This document shows, one piece after another, positions 1-9,430 of a stretch of 64,000 nt of DNA. The notes under the pieces were generated by a model. It searched no databases. It was not told the DNA's origin and saw nothing but the letters and a program-made list of their open reading frames with translations. Made by a program: the position numbers and the translations under genes. The first letter of the stretch is position 1, and every line of letters starts with the position of its first letter. The DNA comes from Candidatus Altiarchaeota archaeon. Its GTDB lineage: Archaea > Altiarchaeota > Altiarchaeia > IMC4 > SCGC-AAA252-I15. The stretch lies in NCBI GenBank assembly GCA_028712125.1, contig JAQTQS010000002.1:1417-65416 (forward strand), read 5' to 3'.

Positions 1-3000
1 GAGGCGATTTGTTTCGTTTTGGGGCGTTCCAGGGGGCTTCGGGCTGCGAATCTTCAGGAATTGATTTACAACGGCGGTATTTCAGACAAGCCGGCTGACA
101 AGGCGGTCGTGGCGATAGAGCTTACCGACGACAGCAACAACCGCTATAGGATAACGCGCATCGTCGACAACGAGGGCAGGAGCACGTACAGCCTTAACGA
201 CCAGCGCGTCACCCGCACGAAGGTTGTGGACATTGTCGGCGACAACGAGTATAACATCCTATTGCAGGACGACATCACAAGGGTCATCGAGATGAAGCCC
301 ACAGAGAGGCGGGAGGTCATCGACAGCCTGTGCGGCATCGCCGAGTACGACGAGAAGAAGGCCAAGGCCGTCCGGGAGCTTGAGAAGGTCGAGAAGATGA
401 TTAACGAGACGCATATAGTCCTCGGTGAGAAGCAGGGCTATATGAAGGAGCTCAAGAAGGAGCGGGACGAGGCCCTTGACTATCAGGCTACGCGTGACGG
501 AGTCAGGAAGCATGAGGCGTCTATTCTCCAGAAGAACATAAAGAGCATCGAGAAGCGCAATGAGAAGCTTAGCGAGGACCTTGACGCGCTGGCGAGAACC
601 AAGGAGGGCGACGGCGCGAAGGTTGCCCAGCTTAGGTCGCGTATTGCCGAGGGCAATTTGGAGCTTAAGCGGATTAATTCTGAAATCATCGGGAAGGAGG
701 GGGAGAAGAGCAGGCAGCGCATCATCGAGCTCGACGGCGATATAGGGCGCAAGGAGGACTATCTCTCATTGCTCAACGAGAAGATTACGGCGGCCTCCGA
801 GAACAGGATAAAGCGCGCGACCCGCAGTAAGATGCTGGCCGAGGAGGAGGCAACGTTGCGCGGCAAGCTTCTGTCAATCTCCGAGGATGCGGCCAAGCTG
901 AAGTCGGAGATAGAAAAGGAGTCTGTGACCAGCAGCGAGCAGAGGCTGGAGCAGGATATTGACGCCCTCCAGAAGCGGATTTACGAGATTCACTCGCAGG
1001 CGAAGACTTTCAGAGAGCTGAACAACAGCGACCAGCGGGTTCTGGAGGATTTGCGAAAGGACGAGGAGCTTTTCGGGAGGAACATCAGCGAGCTTTCGGC
1101 CAGCAGGAGCGAGCTTGGTAGGAAGCTTGTCGAGCCGCGGGCGAAACTTTCCTCCGACACTAAAAAGCTCGCAGAGGCGAGGCAGGAGCTTGACAGCATA
1201 CAGGCCGAGCGCTCTGAAAACCAGGAAGCGCTTGAAAAGGCGCGCGTTTCGATTGCCGAGCAGACGGCGAACCTCCGGGCGTTGGAGCAGGCCAGCCACG
1301 GGTTGAAGAGCGCGATAGCAGCCGTTCTAAAGATAAAGGACGTCGTCCCCGGAATCCACGGGCCCGTCTTCCAGCTTGGCAGGGTTGAGCAGAGCGAGTA
1401 CGAGCTTGCATTGCAGATTGCGGCCGGCGAGCGCATGCAGAACATCGTCGTCGACAGCGTTGACGTGGCCGGGAAGTGCATCGACTATCTCAGGAAGAAG
1501 GAGGTCGGGCGGGCCACTTTCCTGCCGCTTGACAGGATTCACGCGCCAGTTGACGGCAAGCTGCCTAAGGATGCGGTCGGTTTCGCCCGCGACTTCATAA
1601 AGGCAGACCAGAAGTACCGGAAGGTTTTCGACTATGTCTTCGGCAGCACCATCATTGTAAAAAACCGTGAGGCGGCCCAGTCCATCGGCGTCGGCAGCTG
1701 GCGCATGGTCACGGTCGAGGGCGACCTCTTCGAGGCGAGCGGCGCGATAACAGGCGGCCATACCAAACGCGTGGAAATCGGCTTCTCGAACCTTGACGGG
1801 CAGGAGCGCGAGATAAAGGCGTTGGAATCCAAGGCGGCGGGCCTTGAGTCCGCTTTGCAGCAGCTTATCGAGCGGGGCGTCAAGGCGAAGAACAACGCAG
1901 CCAAGTGTGAGATGGACGTCGCCGAGGGAAGGGCTGCCGAGGGCAAGCTTGCTTTCGAGGAGCAGGCTTTCGCAGGGAAAGAGGCGGAACTGTCGGCTTC
2001 GTTCGGTAAGGTCCGCTCGAGGATTGCCGAGATTTTAAGCGAATGCGCCAAGCGCGAGCAGGCGATGGCCGAGTTCCGGAAGGAGGTCGAGGAAAAGGAG
2101 AAGCAGCACTCAAAGCTTTCAAAGGAGCGCAGCCAGCGTGACACCAGCGTGCTAGACCGCCTCAAGGACAAGGCCAGGGACCTGAGCATTGAAGAAGGGA
2201 CGCTCAGGGAGAGACAGGCTCTTGTAGAAACCCAGACAACTGAGATCGGGCAGGAGATAAAAAAACTGGAATCCGAAGAGAAGGTTTCTCTGGGCGAGAA
2301 GGCGTCAGTCGAAACAGCATTGCAGTCGTTGAAGGCGCAGAAGGCCGAGGTTGAGAAGGAGAGCGCCCGGGTCATCAAGGAGATTGAGTCGCTCATCGAG
2401 CAGCGCGGGCGTCTTGAAGCGGGAATCGTCGCCGACAGCGAGGAAATCGGCGCCATAGAGCGAAGCTTCGAGCGCGTCAACGAGCAGATGAACCAGCTGA
2501 CTATAGAGAAGGCTAAGAACGACACATTGCTTGAAGGCCTGGCGAAGGAGTACGAGAAGTATGCGGGCGTCGAGGTTCTGGACAAGTCCCTGAAGGACCT
2601 GAAAGACGACCTTGAGAAGCTGGAGGAGAAGATGCGCTTGTTCGGCTCGATAAACATGCGGGCCATCGAGACGTTCGAGCAGGTTCGCAAGGAGTACGAG
2701 GAAATCTATCAGAAGCTCTCGACGCTGAAGACCGAGCGCCAGTCAATCTTCGGCTTCATGGACAAGGTCGAGCAGAAGAAGTACGAGACTTTCATCAAGA
2801 CGTTCGACGTCGTAAAGGCTAATTTCGAGAGCATCTTCCAGAAGCTGTCGGAGGGCACGGGAACGCTCCTCCTTGACAACCCGACTAACATCTCAGAGAG
2901 CGGCCTGCTCATCAAGGCGTCGCCCGGCGGCAAGAAGGTGATGAGCCTTGATTCGATGTCCGGCGGGGAGAAGACGCTCACTTCGGCCGCATTCTTGCTG

Positions 3001-3228
3001 GCCGTCCAGCAGTACAAGCCGTCGCACTTCTATGTGATTGACGAGCTTGACGCGGCACTGGACAAGGTGAATTCCATAAAGCTGACGGAGATGCTCAGGG
3101 AGTCCGAGACGCAGTTCATCATGGTCACGCACAACGACTCGGTGCTGAAGCAGGTGAGTTCGGTCATCGGCGTTTCGATGACAAGCGGCATATCGCAGGT
3201 CGTCGGCGTGAAGCTCGCAGGAGCCTGA
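1..3228 (+). CDS. smc: SMC chromosome segregation ATPase (5' end cut by window edge)
   Basis: Frame 1 is open from base 1 (EAICFVLGRSRG...), so the Walker A region lies upstream of the window. Long Glu/Lys/Leu-rich coiled coils; hinge (GIHGPVFQLG...AAGERMQNIVVD); C-terminal ABC signature SGGEKTLTSAAF and Walker B FYVIDELDAALD; TGA at 3226-3228. Confidence 0.95.
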   Translation, partial: EAICFVLGRSRGLRAANLQELIYNGGISDKPADKAVVAIELTDDSNNRYRITRIVDNEGRSTYSLNDQRVTRTKVVDIVGDNEYNILLQDDITRVIEMKPTERREVIDSLCGIAEYDEKKAKAVRELEKVEKMINETHIVLGEKQGYMKELKKERDEALDYQATRDGVRKHEASILQKNIKSIEKRNEKLSEDLDALARTKEGDGAKVAQLRSRIAEGNLELKRINSEIIGKEGEKSRQRIIELDGDIGRKEDYLSLLNEKITAASENRIKRATRSKMLAEEEATLRGKLLSISEDAAKLKSEIEKESVTSSEQRLEQDIDALQKRIYEIHSQAKTFRELNNSDQRVLEDLRKDEELFGRNISELSASRSELGRKLVEPRAKLSSDTKKLAEARQELDSIQAERSENQEALEKARVSIAEQTANLRALEQASHGLKSAIAAVLKIKDVVPGIHGPVFQLGRVEQSEYELALQIAAGERMQNIVVDSVDVAGKCIDYLRKKEVGRATFLPLDRIHAPVDGKLPKDAVGFARDFIKADQKYRKVFDYVFGSTIIVKNREAAQSIGVGSWRMVTVEGDLFEASGAITGGHTKRVEIGFSNLDGQEREIKALESKAAGLESALQQLIERGVKAKNNAAKCEMDVAEGRAAEGKLAFEEQAFAGKEAELSASFGKVRSRIAEILSECAKREQAMAEFRKEVEEKEKQHSKLSKERSQRDTSVLDRLKDKARDLSIEEGTLRERQALVETQTTEIGQEIKKLESEEKVSLGEKASVETALQSLKAQKAEVEKESARVIKEIESLIEQRGRLEAGIVADSEEIGAIERSFERVNEQMNQLTIEKAKNDTLLEGLAKEYEKYAGVEVLDKSLKDLKDDLEKLEEKMRLFGSINMRAIETFEQVRKEYEEIYQKLSTLKTERQSIFGFMDKVEQKKYETFIKTFDVVKANFESIFQKLSEGTGTLLLDNPTNISESGLLIKASPGGKKVMSLDSMSGGEKTLTSAAFLLAVQQYKPSHFYVIDELDAALDKVNSIKLTEMLRESETQFIMVTHNDSVLKQVSSVIGVSMTSGISQVVGVKLAGA

Positions 3229-3252
3229 ATGAGCCGCCTTGTGTAATGGCCA

Positions 3253-3272
3253 TTTTTATCGGCGGTTTTTTT
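3253..3272 (+). terminator. Oligo-T tracts downstream of smc (candidate archaeal terminator)
   Basis: T5 (3253-3257) and T7 (3266-3272) lie 25-45 nt after the smc stop. CCGCC (3234-3238) and GGCGG (3261-3265) could pair just before the T7 run. Confidence 0.35.
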
Positions 3273-3319
3273 ACGCAGAAAGACGGATTTTTCAGCCAAA
3301 GCAGAAGGAAAATATTCTA

Positions 3320-4309
3320 CTAATTCAGGTGATAGAGGAATCGCCGGCCTATCTCCACCCGGCCGACCTTGTCGTTCTCCATCAGGTACTTAAGGTCCGA
3401 GGATATCGTGGACTCGCTGGCCGAGAGCATCTTGGAAATCTTGCGTACCGTCAGGTTGTTCTCGTTCTCCAGCAGGGCGATTATCTCCCTTTGCCTGTCG
3501 TTGAGCTGGATTTCCCCTTCCGCCGTCTCATTAACCTGCACGCTGTCCTGTATGAAGGATGCGGCCTCTTCATCCGGCAGCATTGATGAGCGTGAGCTGC
3601 CCTGCATGAAGTCCTTGCATTCCGAGCAGACGTGGTTGCCGTCCACGACCCATTCGAGCCACCGGTCCTTGCCGCAGCATACGCACATGGCCTGCACGGG
3701 AACGCCGGCCGCCTCGGCCGCCGTTTTTTCAGGATTTTCTGTCACGACGCAGAAGTTAGGGTTGTATGCCGGCGCGACGGTGTCAAAAGCCCTGGTGTCG
3801 TTGTCGTCCTTAAGGACGACGCGCATGACGCTGACCATCCTCTGGCCTGAGGGGTTGGACAATCCGCACAGCGACTCGACTCTTACGTTGTCGTAGGCCC
3901 TGAGTACCACGTCCTCTGACAGCGGGTAGACGATTTTCCTGACGCTCATGCCTTCGACGACGACTGGCTTCTGGCATTCGCCGATTAGGTTGTAGCCTTT
4001 GATGACGCTTTCGACCTGGTAGCACTTGCCCTCCATCATGCCCTCGCCGGTGCTTGACTTCTTCTCCTTCCACTCGTCCGGGTTCAGGAAGTGCACGAGC
4101 CTTAGCGACGGGTTCAGGTAGATGGGCCGTTCGCCCTCGTTTGCCACGTACAGCTCAAGCTGCCTTGCGGCGCGGTCGTATACGACGTCAAGGAACTCGA
4201 CCTGCGGTTTGCGCAGGTGCCGGATGTAGAAATATGCCGCAACAGACGTAGTAACAACGGAAATCGATGCTATCGCAAGTCCGGCCGCAAAACGCGTGTC
4301 TATGTCCAT
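3320..4309 (-). CDS. Membrane-anchored zinc-ribbon / winged-HTH protein (putative regulator)
   Basis: 329-aa ORF. N-terminal hydrophobic helix (FAAGLAIASISVVTTSVAAYFYI), CxxC...CxxC ribbon (CVCCGKDRW...HVCSECKDF), C-terminal DeoR/ArsR-like wHTH (REIIALLENENNLTVRKISKMLSASESTISSDLKYL). Confidence 0.6.
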   Translation of the reverse strand: MDIDTRFAAGLAIASISVVTTSVAAYFYIRHLRKPQVEFLDVVYDRAARQLELYVANEGERPIYLNPSLRLVHFLNPDEWKEKKSSTGEGMMEGKCYQVESVIKGYNLIGECQKPVVVEGMSVRKIVYPLSEDVVLRAYDNVRVESLCGLSNPSGQRMVSVMRVVLKDDNDTRAFDTVAPAYNPNFCVVTENPEKTAAEAAGVPVQAMCVCCGKDRWLEWVVDGNHVCSECKDFMQGSSRSSMLPDEEAASFIQDSVQVNETAEGEIQLNDRQREIIALLENENNLTVRKISKMLSASESTISSDLKYLMENDKVGRVEIGRRFLYHLN

Positions 4310-4497
4310 TTTGAATGTTGTGTAAAAACGTGAAATATCAAATCATAGTAGTCTACGTATAAAAATGTTACGAACTGCGGTTTAATGGACTGTCAATCCG
4401 CCACATCTACTCCTCTGGGTTGTTCTATTTGTATCCATCATGGAGAATACGGGCCAATCTCACTCAGGCCGGCGAATCCCTCGATGTGAGAAGAGAA

Positions 4498-4644
4498 TCA
4501 CACTTCCTTCAGGCCAAGGTCGTCGCAGTCGGAGTGCTTCTTACGGCTGCTGCTGCCGCCCGCCCTGCAGCCGCCGCCCGGCTCGTAGGCGATGCACGAG
4601 TTGTTGCACGAACGCTTGCCGTCAAGTATGCATGCTTTGTTCAT
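4498..4644 (-). CDS. Small Cys-rich protein, 48 aa (below the ORF-track length cutoff)
   Basis: Hand translation of the minus strand gives MNKACILDGKRSCNNSCIAYEPGGGCRAGGSSSRKKHSDCDDLGLKEV, with ATG (complement of 4642-4644) and TGA (complement of 4498-4500). Six Cys. It fills an otherwise empty gap, and AT-rich TATA-like sequence lies upstream at 4645-4700. Confidence 0.45.
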   Translation of the reverse strand: MNKACILDGKRSCNNSCIAYEPGGGCRAGGSSSRKKHSDCDDLGLKEV

Positions 4645-4705
4645 TTTTAAAAATAACGGATTTAGAATATCGCAGTTTGGGTATAAAAAGGTTGCGTTAC
4701 TCCCC

Positions 4706-5746
4706 TTAGAATGACGACCTGAATATGAATTCCGCCATCATCGTGCTAACGTATATCAGCAGCAGTATTATTCCGTGCTTCCGTCTCACGTGGCCCGTCA
4801 GCATCGCTCCCATCAGGACGAACGTTATCGCCAGAAGGGCGGGCGCCGTGATGGTTGCGGTGGCCGTGTCTATCGCCATGGGGCTTAGGACGGCTATCAC
4901 GCCAAGCGTTATGAGCAGCGTGAATATGTTGGAACCTATTGTTTCCGAGACCACCAGCTCTTCCACTCCCTTGCGGGCGGCTCCAAGCGATGCTGCAAGG
5001 TTCGGTATGCTAGGCCCGATTGCGCCGAGAGTCACTCCTACAAGAAGCTCTGGAAGCTGCAAGTAGGCGGATAGTTCCATAAGCGTCCGGACGAATATGT
5101 CCGAGCCGGCTATCAGTACAAGCCCTCCAAGCAGGAAGTATTGGATTCCCAGACGTGGTCTAGGAATTCCGGAGTAGTCGCCGTACATCTCAAGCGCCTC
5201 TGTCATCTTCTCAGTCTTCACCTTCTTCTCCACATGTGTGAGGTTGCGCTCCTGTTCGTACACGTTTATCACGTACGGTATGAAGAGTAGTATAAGAACA
5301 AGGCCGTCGGTTCTCGAAAGCTTGTTGTCCTCCAGTGCGAGCGCGACCACCACGATGGAAACAACGACCATGAAAATCATGTCCCTTGTGACCATTATCC
5401 GCGGGACCCTCATCGGCCTGACCAGCGCGGATATGCCGACGATGAGCCCGATGTTGACGATTACCGAGCCGATGCTCGCGCCGAAGCCCAGCGCCGGGTG
5501 GCCGTTTGCTATGGATGTTATCGCTATTATAAGTTCCGGCAGGCTTAGAAGGAGCGATATGACTATAAGCCCCATTGCCAGGTTGCTTGTCCCCAGCCGG
5601 TGGGCCATATGGATTGAGGAGTCCGTTATCCAGTCCGAGCCTTTCATGATGAGGTAGACTGAGAAAAGGAACAGCCCGAGCGTTAGGTAAATTAACATGT
5701 AAGAGAATTTGAAGGTATGGTTATAAATGGCGCAAGCTGAAGTCAA
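4706..5746 (-). CDS. CaCA-family cation/Ca2+ exchanger (YrbG/NCX-like)
   Basis: Polytopic membrane ORF with both CaCA alpha-repeats (GTSNLAMGLIVISLLLSLPELIIAITS and ETIGSNIFTLLITLGV). An alternative start exists at Met17 (5698). Confidence 0.88.
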   Translation of the reverse strand: MTSACAIYNHTFKFSYMLIYLTLGLFLFSVYLIMKGSDWITDSSIHMAHRLGTSNLAMGLIVISLLLSLPELIIAITSIANGHPALGFGASIGSVIVNIGLIVGISALVRPMRVPRIMVTRDMIFMVVVSIVVVALALEDNKLSRTDGLVLILLFIPYVINVYEQERNLTHVEKKVKTEKMTEALEMYGDYSGIPRPRLGIQYFLLGGLVLIAGSDIFVRTLMELSAYLQLPELLVGVTLGAIGPSIPNLAASLGAARKGVEELVVSETIGSNIFTLLITLGVIAVLSPMAIDTATATITAPALLAITFVLMGAMLTGHVRRKHGIILLLIYVSTMMAEFIFRSSF

Positions 5747-5762
5747 ATTATTTAGCGCGCCG

Positions 5763-6782
5763 TTACTGCGGCCTTAGGCTTCTCCTGTTTTTCCTCAGGA
5801 CTGATTCGTAGAGCCGCTGGTCGTTTTTCTGGACGTGGGCTGAAAGCTGGTTGGCCGCCCATTTCGCGTGGCTTTCGTTTATCTTCGCGTCCATGTGGGC
5901 GAGGTAGAGGGGTATTGGATAGCCGTAGTAGCGCGAGCCTTCGGAGAGGTGCGTGATGAGCGCGAGCGCTTCTTCCATCGGCCGGTTCCAGTCGGCGATG
6001 TCCACGCGCAGCGGGCTTGCGCTCTCGTTGACCTGGAGGTAGGCGGTCGGGAAGGATGCTGTCATCTTTTCGTTCTGGCTTTCGGTTTCGAATTTCGACT
6101 GGGGAATGAATGTGGCCGTCCTGAATTTTCTATTCCCCGCAATCAGCCTGAGTATCCCTATGTCTGTCATGAATCTGGGCAGGCTTATATTGTATTTCGC
6201 ATTCAGGTGGCCTGCCAGTATCTTGCTCCTTGAGTCTTCGGAGACGCCGACGAGGTTGACGTTCCGGTCGCGGCATGTCTTGAGCAGCCTTGCGAATTTC
6301 TTGCGGTATATTGTGTCTTCTATGCATTTTATCGGCTTTTTTCGGGCTTTGACGTAGAGCGAGCCGTCGAGGAAGAGGTAGTTTGGCTTGTGCTTTTCCA
6401 CGCATTGTTGCGCGACGTCGAATTCCATGCAGTCCCGCAGGAGCTCTATCCTCTCTTTCGTGTAGTCGTCGTAGTCCATGATGTTCATGTCCAGGTCGCG
6501 TATGATGGCCTCATTGTCCTTGCCGCCGTCGCCATCCAGCATGAGCGCTGATGCGCGGATTATGTAGAGGCTCGCGCCAAGCAGTTCCGTGATGCCTTCA
6601 CCGCCGTCGACAAAGCACATGCCGCCATCTGCTTTTAGGCCGGCCGGGGCCGGGAGTACGATATTTTCGGCCGGTATCTTTTTCAGCGCGTCCTCGATGT
6701 CCCGGCTGTGGGAGCGCAGGCCTTCCAGTATGCCGGTTCTTATCCTGTCGTACTTGGACAGCCAGATGGAGTAGTGCTTCAC
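5763..6782 (-). CDS. NurA-domain 5'-3' nuclease-like protein
   Basis: 339-aa ORF with Asp motifs in the NurA pattern (CFVDGGEG, YLFLDGSLYV, VGVSEDSRSKIL) and a C-terminal YPIPLYLAHMDAKI. Called from motifs only. Confidence 0.55.
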   Translation of the reverse strand: MKHYSIWLSKYDRIRTGILEGLRSHSRDIEDALKKIPAENIVLPAPAGLKADGGMCFVDGGEGITELLGASLYIIRASALMLDGDGGKDNEAIIRDLDMNIMDYDDYTKERIELLRDCMEFDVAQQCVEKHKPNYLFLDGSLYVKARKKPIKCIEDTIYRKKFARLLKTCRDRNVNLVGVSEDSRSKILAGHLNAKYNISLPRFMTDIGILRLIAGNRKFRTATFIPQSKFETESQNEKMTASFPTAYLQVNESASPLRVDIADWNRPMEEALALITHLSEGSRYYGYPIPLYLAHMDAKINESHAKWAANQLSAHVQKNDQRLYESVLRKNRRSLRPQ

Positions 6783-6870
6783 TTTCTTTTGGATGATTGT
6801 GTGCTAATTACTAGGGTGCTTCTGCATAGAAAAATCGTTTTTACCGTTTTTCGAAGGCCGGCGTTTCAGG

Positions 6871-8886
6871 CTATTTCTTGTTCGTCTTTTTTGTCGGGCA
6901 TTCGGGGTTGATGCAGAAGCGCCAGCCCTTGTCCCCGTACGCGAATGTAGCATAGTCGCATTGGCTGCAGTTGCCCGTCCTCCTGACTTTCGCCTTGGGC
7001 AGCGATATTATATAAGTGCATTTCGGGTAGTTGCTGCAGCCGACGAAGAACCCGCCGTAGCGCGATTCCCGCATGACTAAATCCCCGTCGCATTGAAGGC
7101 ATTTGCCGAGGCTTTCCCGCTTTTTGATGGCCCTGACGGCTGAGGTGCCGAGCGATTCCCCTATCTTCATCTCATGCTGCTTGAACTCTTCGAGTATCTT
7201 GCCGAGCGTGTTTTTGCCTCTTTCCACGACATCGTCCATCGCAGCCTTTCCTTCCTGTATGCCTTCCATGTCCTCTTCGAACTGGCGCGTCAGCTTTTCG
7301 CTCACGACTTCCGGGCAGTACGTGTCCAGCGTCTTTACGACGTTCAGGCCGAGGGACGTGACTTCCAGCGTCTTTCCGGTGGTGTAGTTCCTCCGGTATA
7401 GTATGTCCACTATCTGGCTTCTTGTCGATTTGGTGCCGATGTTGCGCTTTTCCATCTCCTTGATTATGGATGCAGGCGTGTATCGCTTGGGCGGCTGGGT
7501 TTCCTTCTCGTGCATGAGCACGTCGTTGACCGTTATTACCTCTCCTTTAGCCATCGGAGGGAGCTCGACTTCGTCGAATTTCGCATAGGGGCCGTAGTAC
7601 ACGTGCCATCCTTTTTCAACGGTTGCTGTGCCTGAGGCTATGAATTTCTCCTTGTTGTTGTCGAGGACGACGGTTATTGTCTGGCGTACTGCGTGTTCTG
7701 CGAATGTCGCCATGAATCTTCGAGCTATGAGGTCGTACAGCTTTTTGTGATATCCTTCGAGGTTTTGAGCCCTTTCGCCGGTTGGGTGTATCGCCGGGTG
7801 GGCTGGGTCTGTCTTCTTGCCGTTGTTGGGCTTTAATTTGGTCTGCAGCAGTTGTTTGCACAAGTCCTGGTATTCATGATTTAATGACAGCTTTTCCATG
7901 ATTGCCCGCAGGTTCAGGTCTTCCGGCAGCTGCTGGCTTGAGGTTCTGGGGTAGGATATGAGGGCGTTTATGTATAAGTCCTGGGCGATTTCCATCGTCC
8001 GCCTTGGGTCTATGTTCAAGTGCTTATACGCCTCGGTCTGGAGCGTCGTTAAGTCGAATGGCGTCGGCGGGTCCTGCTTAAACTTTTTCGATTCCGCCTT
8101 TATGACTATCGCGGTTGGACCGCAGGCGTTTTTGACTTTCTCGGCCTCTTCCTTGGTCTTGAACTTGTCTTTCTCATGGAGCGCCGTGAATTGTTTGGCG
8201 TCCTTTACGAGCAACAGCTCGATTTGCCAGTATTTCTCTGCCTTGAAGGCCTTTATGGAAAGCTCCCTTGCCGCGAGTATCTTCAATGTGGGCCCTTGTA
8301 CGCGGCCGATGCTTAGTGTTACGTATTTTCCCGCCTTTCGGGTTGCGATGCTCAGGGCCCGGGACAGGTTGATGCCCCAGTACCAGTCTAGCGTGTGGCG
8401 TGTGAGGCCGGCGCTGGCCATTCCCTGGTTTATGGGCTCCAGGTTCTGGTAGGCCTTCATGATGGATTCTTCGGTTAATGTTGAGTATTTCATCCGTTTT
8501 ACGTTTTCATTCTTTGTGTCGGCCTTGCAGCCGAAGCGGATGACGTTGTAGCCTATGACCTCTCCCTCGACATCGTAGTCGCAGCTGTTTATGAACCGGT
8601 CGCACTTGCCGGCGATTTCCTCTATGTTGTTCAGGTAGGCTTTCGTGTAGGCCGCTTCCTTGTCTATGACGTAGTTTGGCACCCATTCTATGTCAAAGAC
8701 CGGGTATTTCCACTGGCCGACGTTCTTTTCCTTCAGGCCGTAGAGGTGGCCTACCGCGGGGACGACGTACACGTCGCCGACTTTGTAGTAGGAGACGCCT
8801 TCCTTGCTGTAGCGGTTGGGCGTGCCTAGGGTGTTCGCTATGCGTTCCGCCACCTTCGGCTTTTCGGTGATTATGAGCGTCGCCAT
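6871..8886 (-). CDS. topA: DNA topoisomerase, type IA
   Basis: Toprim N-terminus (LIITEKPKVAERIA...PAVGHL), active-site Tyr region (ALISYPRTSSQQLP), two C-terminal Cys4 zinc ribbons (CLQCDGDL...CSNYPKC; CSQCDY...CINPEC). Confidence 0.93.
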   Translation of the reverse strand: MATLIITEKPKVAERIANTLGTPNRYSKEGVSYYKVGDVYVVPAVGHLYGLKEKNVGQWKYPVFDIEWVPNYVIDKEAAYTKAYLNNIEEIAGKCDRFINSCDYDVEGEVIGYNVIRFGCKADTKNENVKRMKYSTLTEESIMKAYQNLEPINQGMASAGLTRHTLDWYWGINLSRALSIATRKAGKYVTLSIGRVQGPTLKILAARELSIKAFKAEKYWQIELLLVKDAKQFTALHEKDKFKTKEEAEKVKNACGPTAIVIKAESKKFKQDPPTPFDLTTLQTEAYKHLNIDPRRTMEIAQDLYINALISYPRTSSQQLPEDLNLRAIMEKLSLNHEYQDLCKQLLQTKLKPNNGKKTDPAHPAIHPTGERAQNLEGYHKKLYDLIARRFMATFAEHAVRQTITVVLDNNKEKFIASGTATVEKGWHVYYGPYAKFDEVELPPMAKGEVITVNDVLMHEKETQPPKRYTPASIIKEMEKRNIGTKSTRSQIVDILYRRNYTTGKTLEVTSLGLNVVKTLDTYCPEVVSEKLTRQFEEDMEGIQEGKAAMDDVVERGKNTLGKILEEFKQHEMKIGESLGTSAVRAIKKRESLGKCLQCDGDLVMRESRYGGFFVGCSNYPKCTYIISLPKAKVRRTGNCSQCDYATFAYGDKGWRFCINPECPTKKTNKK

Positions 8887-8937
8887 ATTCCCTTCTTTTA
8901 GGTTTAAATCATATAAATAAGCGGTAGGTGCGTAAAA

Positions 8938-9429
8938 ATGATTGTGAGCATGCAGCTTGAGCTGAGGGACGTTCCGGGCAGCCTTATCGGCGCCCTTGAG
9001 CCGGTTTCCTCACACGGCGGTAACATTCTTTCCGTCGTGCACTCCCGCAGGGAAGGGCGGCGCGTCGTAGTCCAGATTGTCTTCAAGATTGGCGACATGC
9101 GGATGCTCGAGCTATTGAAAAAATCGCTCCGCCAGAGGAACATAAGGGCCACACGGGTCAGCATAGAAGGAAGACGGTACTACGCGAGGGCCGTTGTGGA
9201 TTACATGCTCGTCGGCCACGTGATTGACACCGACCTTAGGGACACAATCGACCGCATCAACCGAATCGGCCTGGTTTCCGACATCGACGTGGTAATGCCC
9301 AGCCCCGAGGACAAGTCTTCGGTCCTGCTTCACGTCGAAATCGACGAGAAGAAGGCGGGCCGGCTGCTTGATTGCATGCGTTCGGTTTGCAAGGAGAAGA
9401 ATTTCACTCTTGTGAGGTCGCTTGGCTAG
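8938..9429 (+). CDS. ACT-domain (amino-acid-binding regulatory) protein
   Basis: 163 aa. The N-terminal LELRDVPGSLIGALEPVSSHGGNILSV is typical of an ACT fold. Sits directly upstream of hom, with TAG at 9427-9429. Confidence 0.7.
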   Translation: MIVSMQLELRDVPGSLIGALEPVSSHGGNILSVVHSRREGRRVVVQIVFKIGDMRMLELLKKSLRQRNIRATRVSIEGRRYYARAVVDYMLVGHVIDTDLRDTIDRINRIGLVSDIDVVMPSPEDKSSVLLHVEIDEKKAGRLLDCMRSVCKEKNFTLVRSLG

Positions 9430-9430
9430 G

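Noticed and set aside
1632-2690. 352-aa minus-strand ORF (Ser/Phe/Arg-rich), plus many shorter ORFs antisense to smc
   Set aside because: These are shadow ORFs of a Glu/Lys/Leu-rich coiled-coil gene. They are low-complexity with no motifs, and the plus strand carries an unambiguous SMC reading frame.
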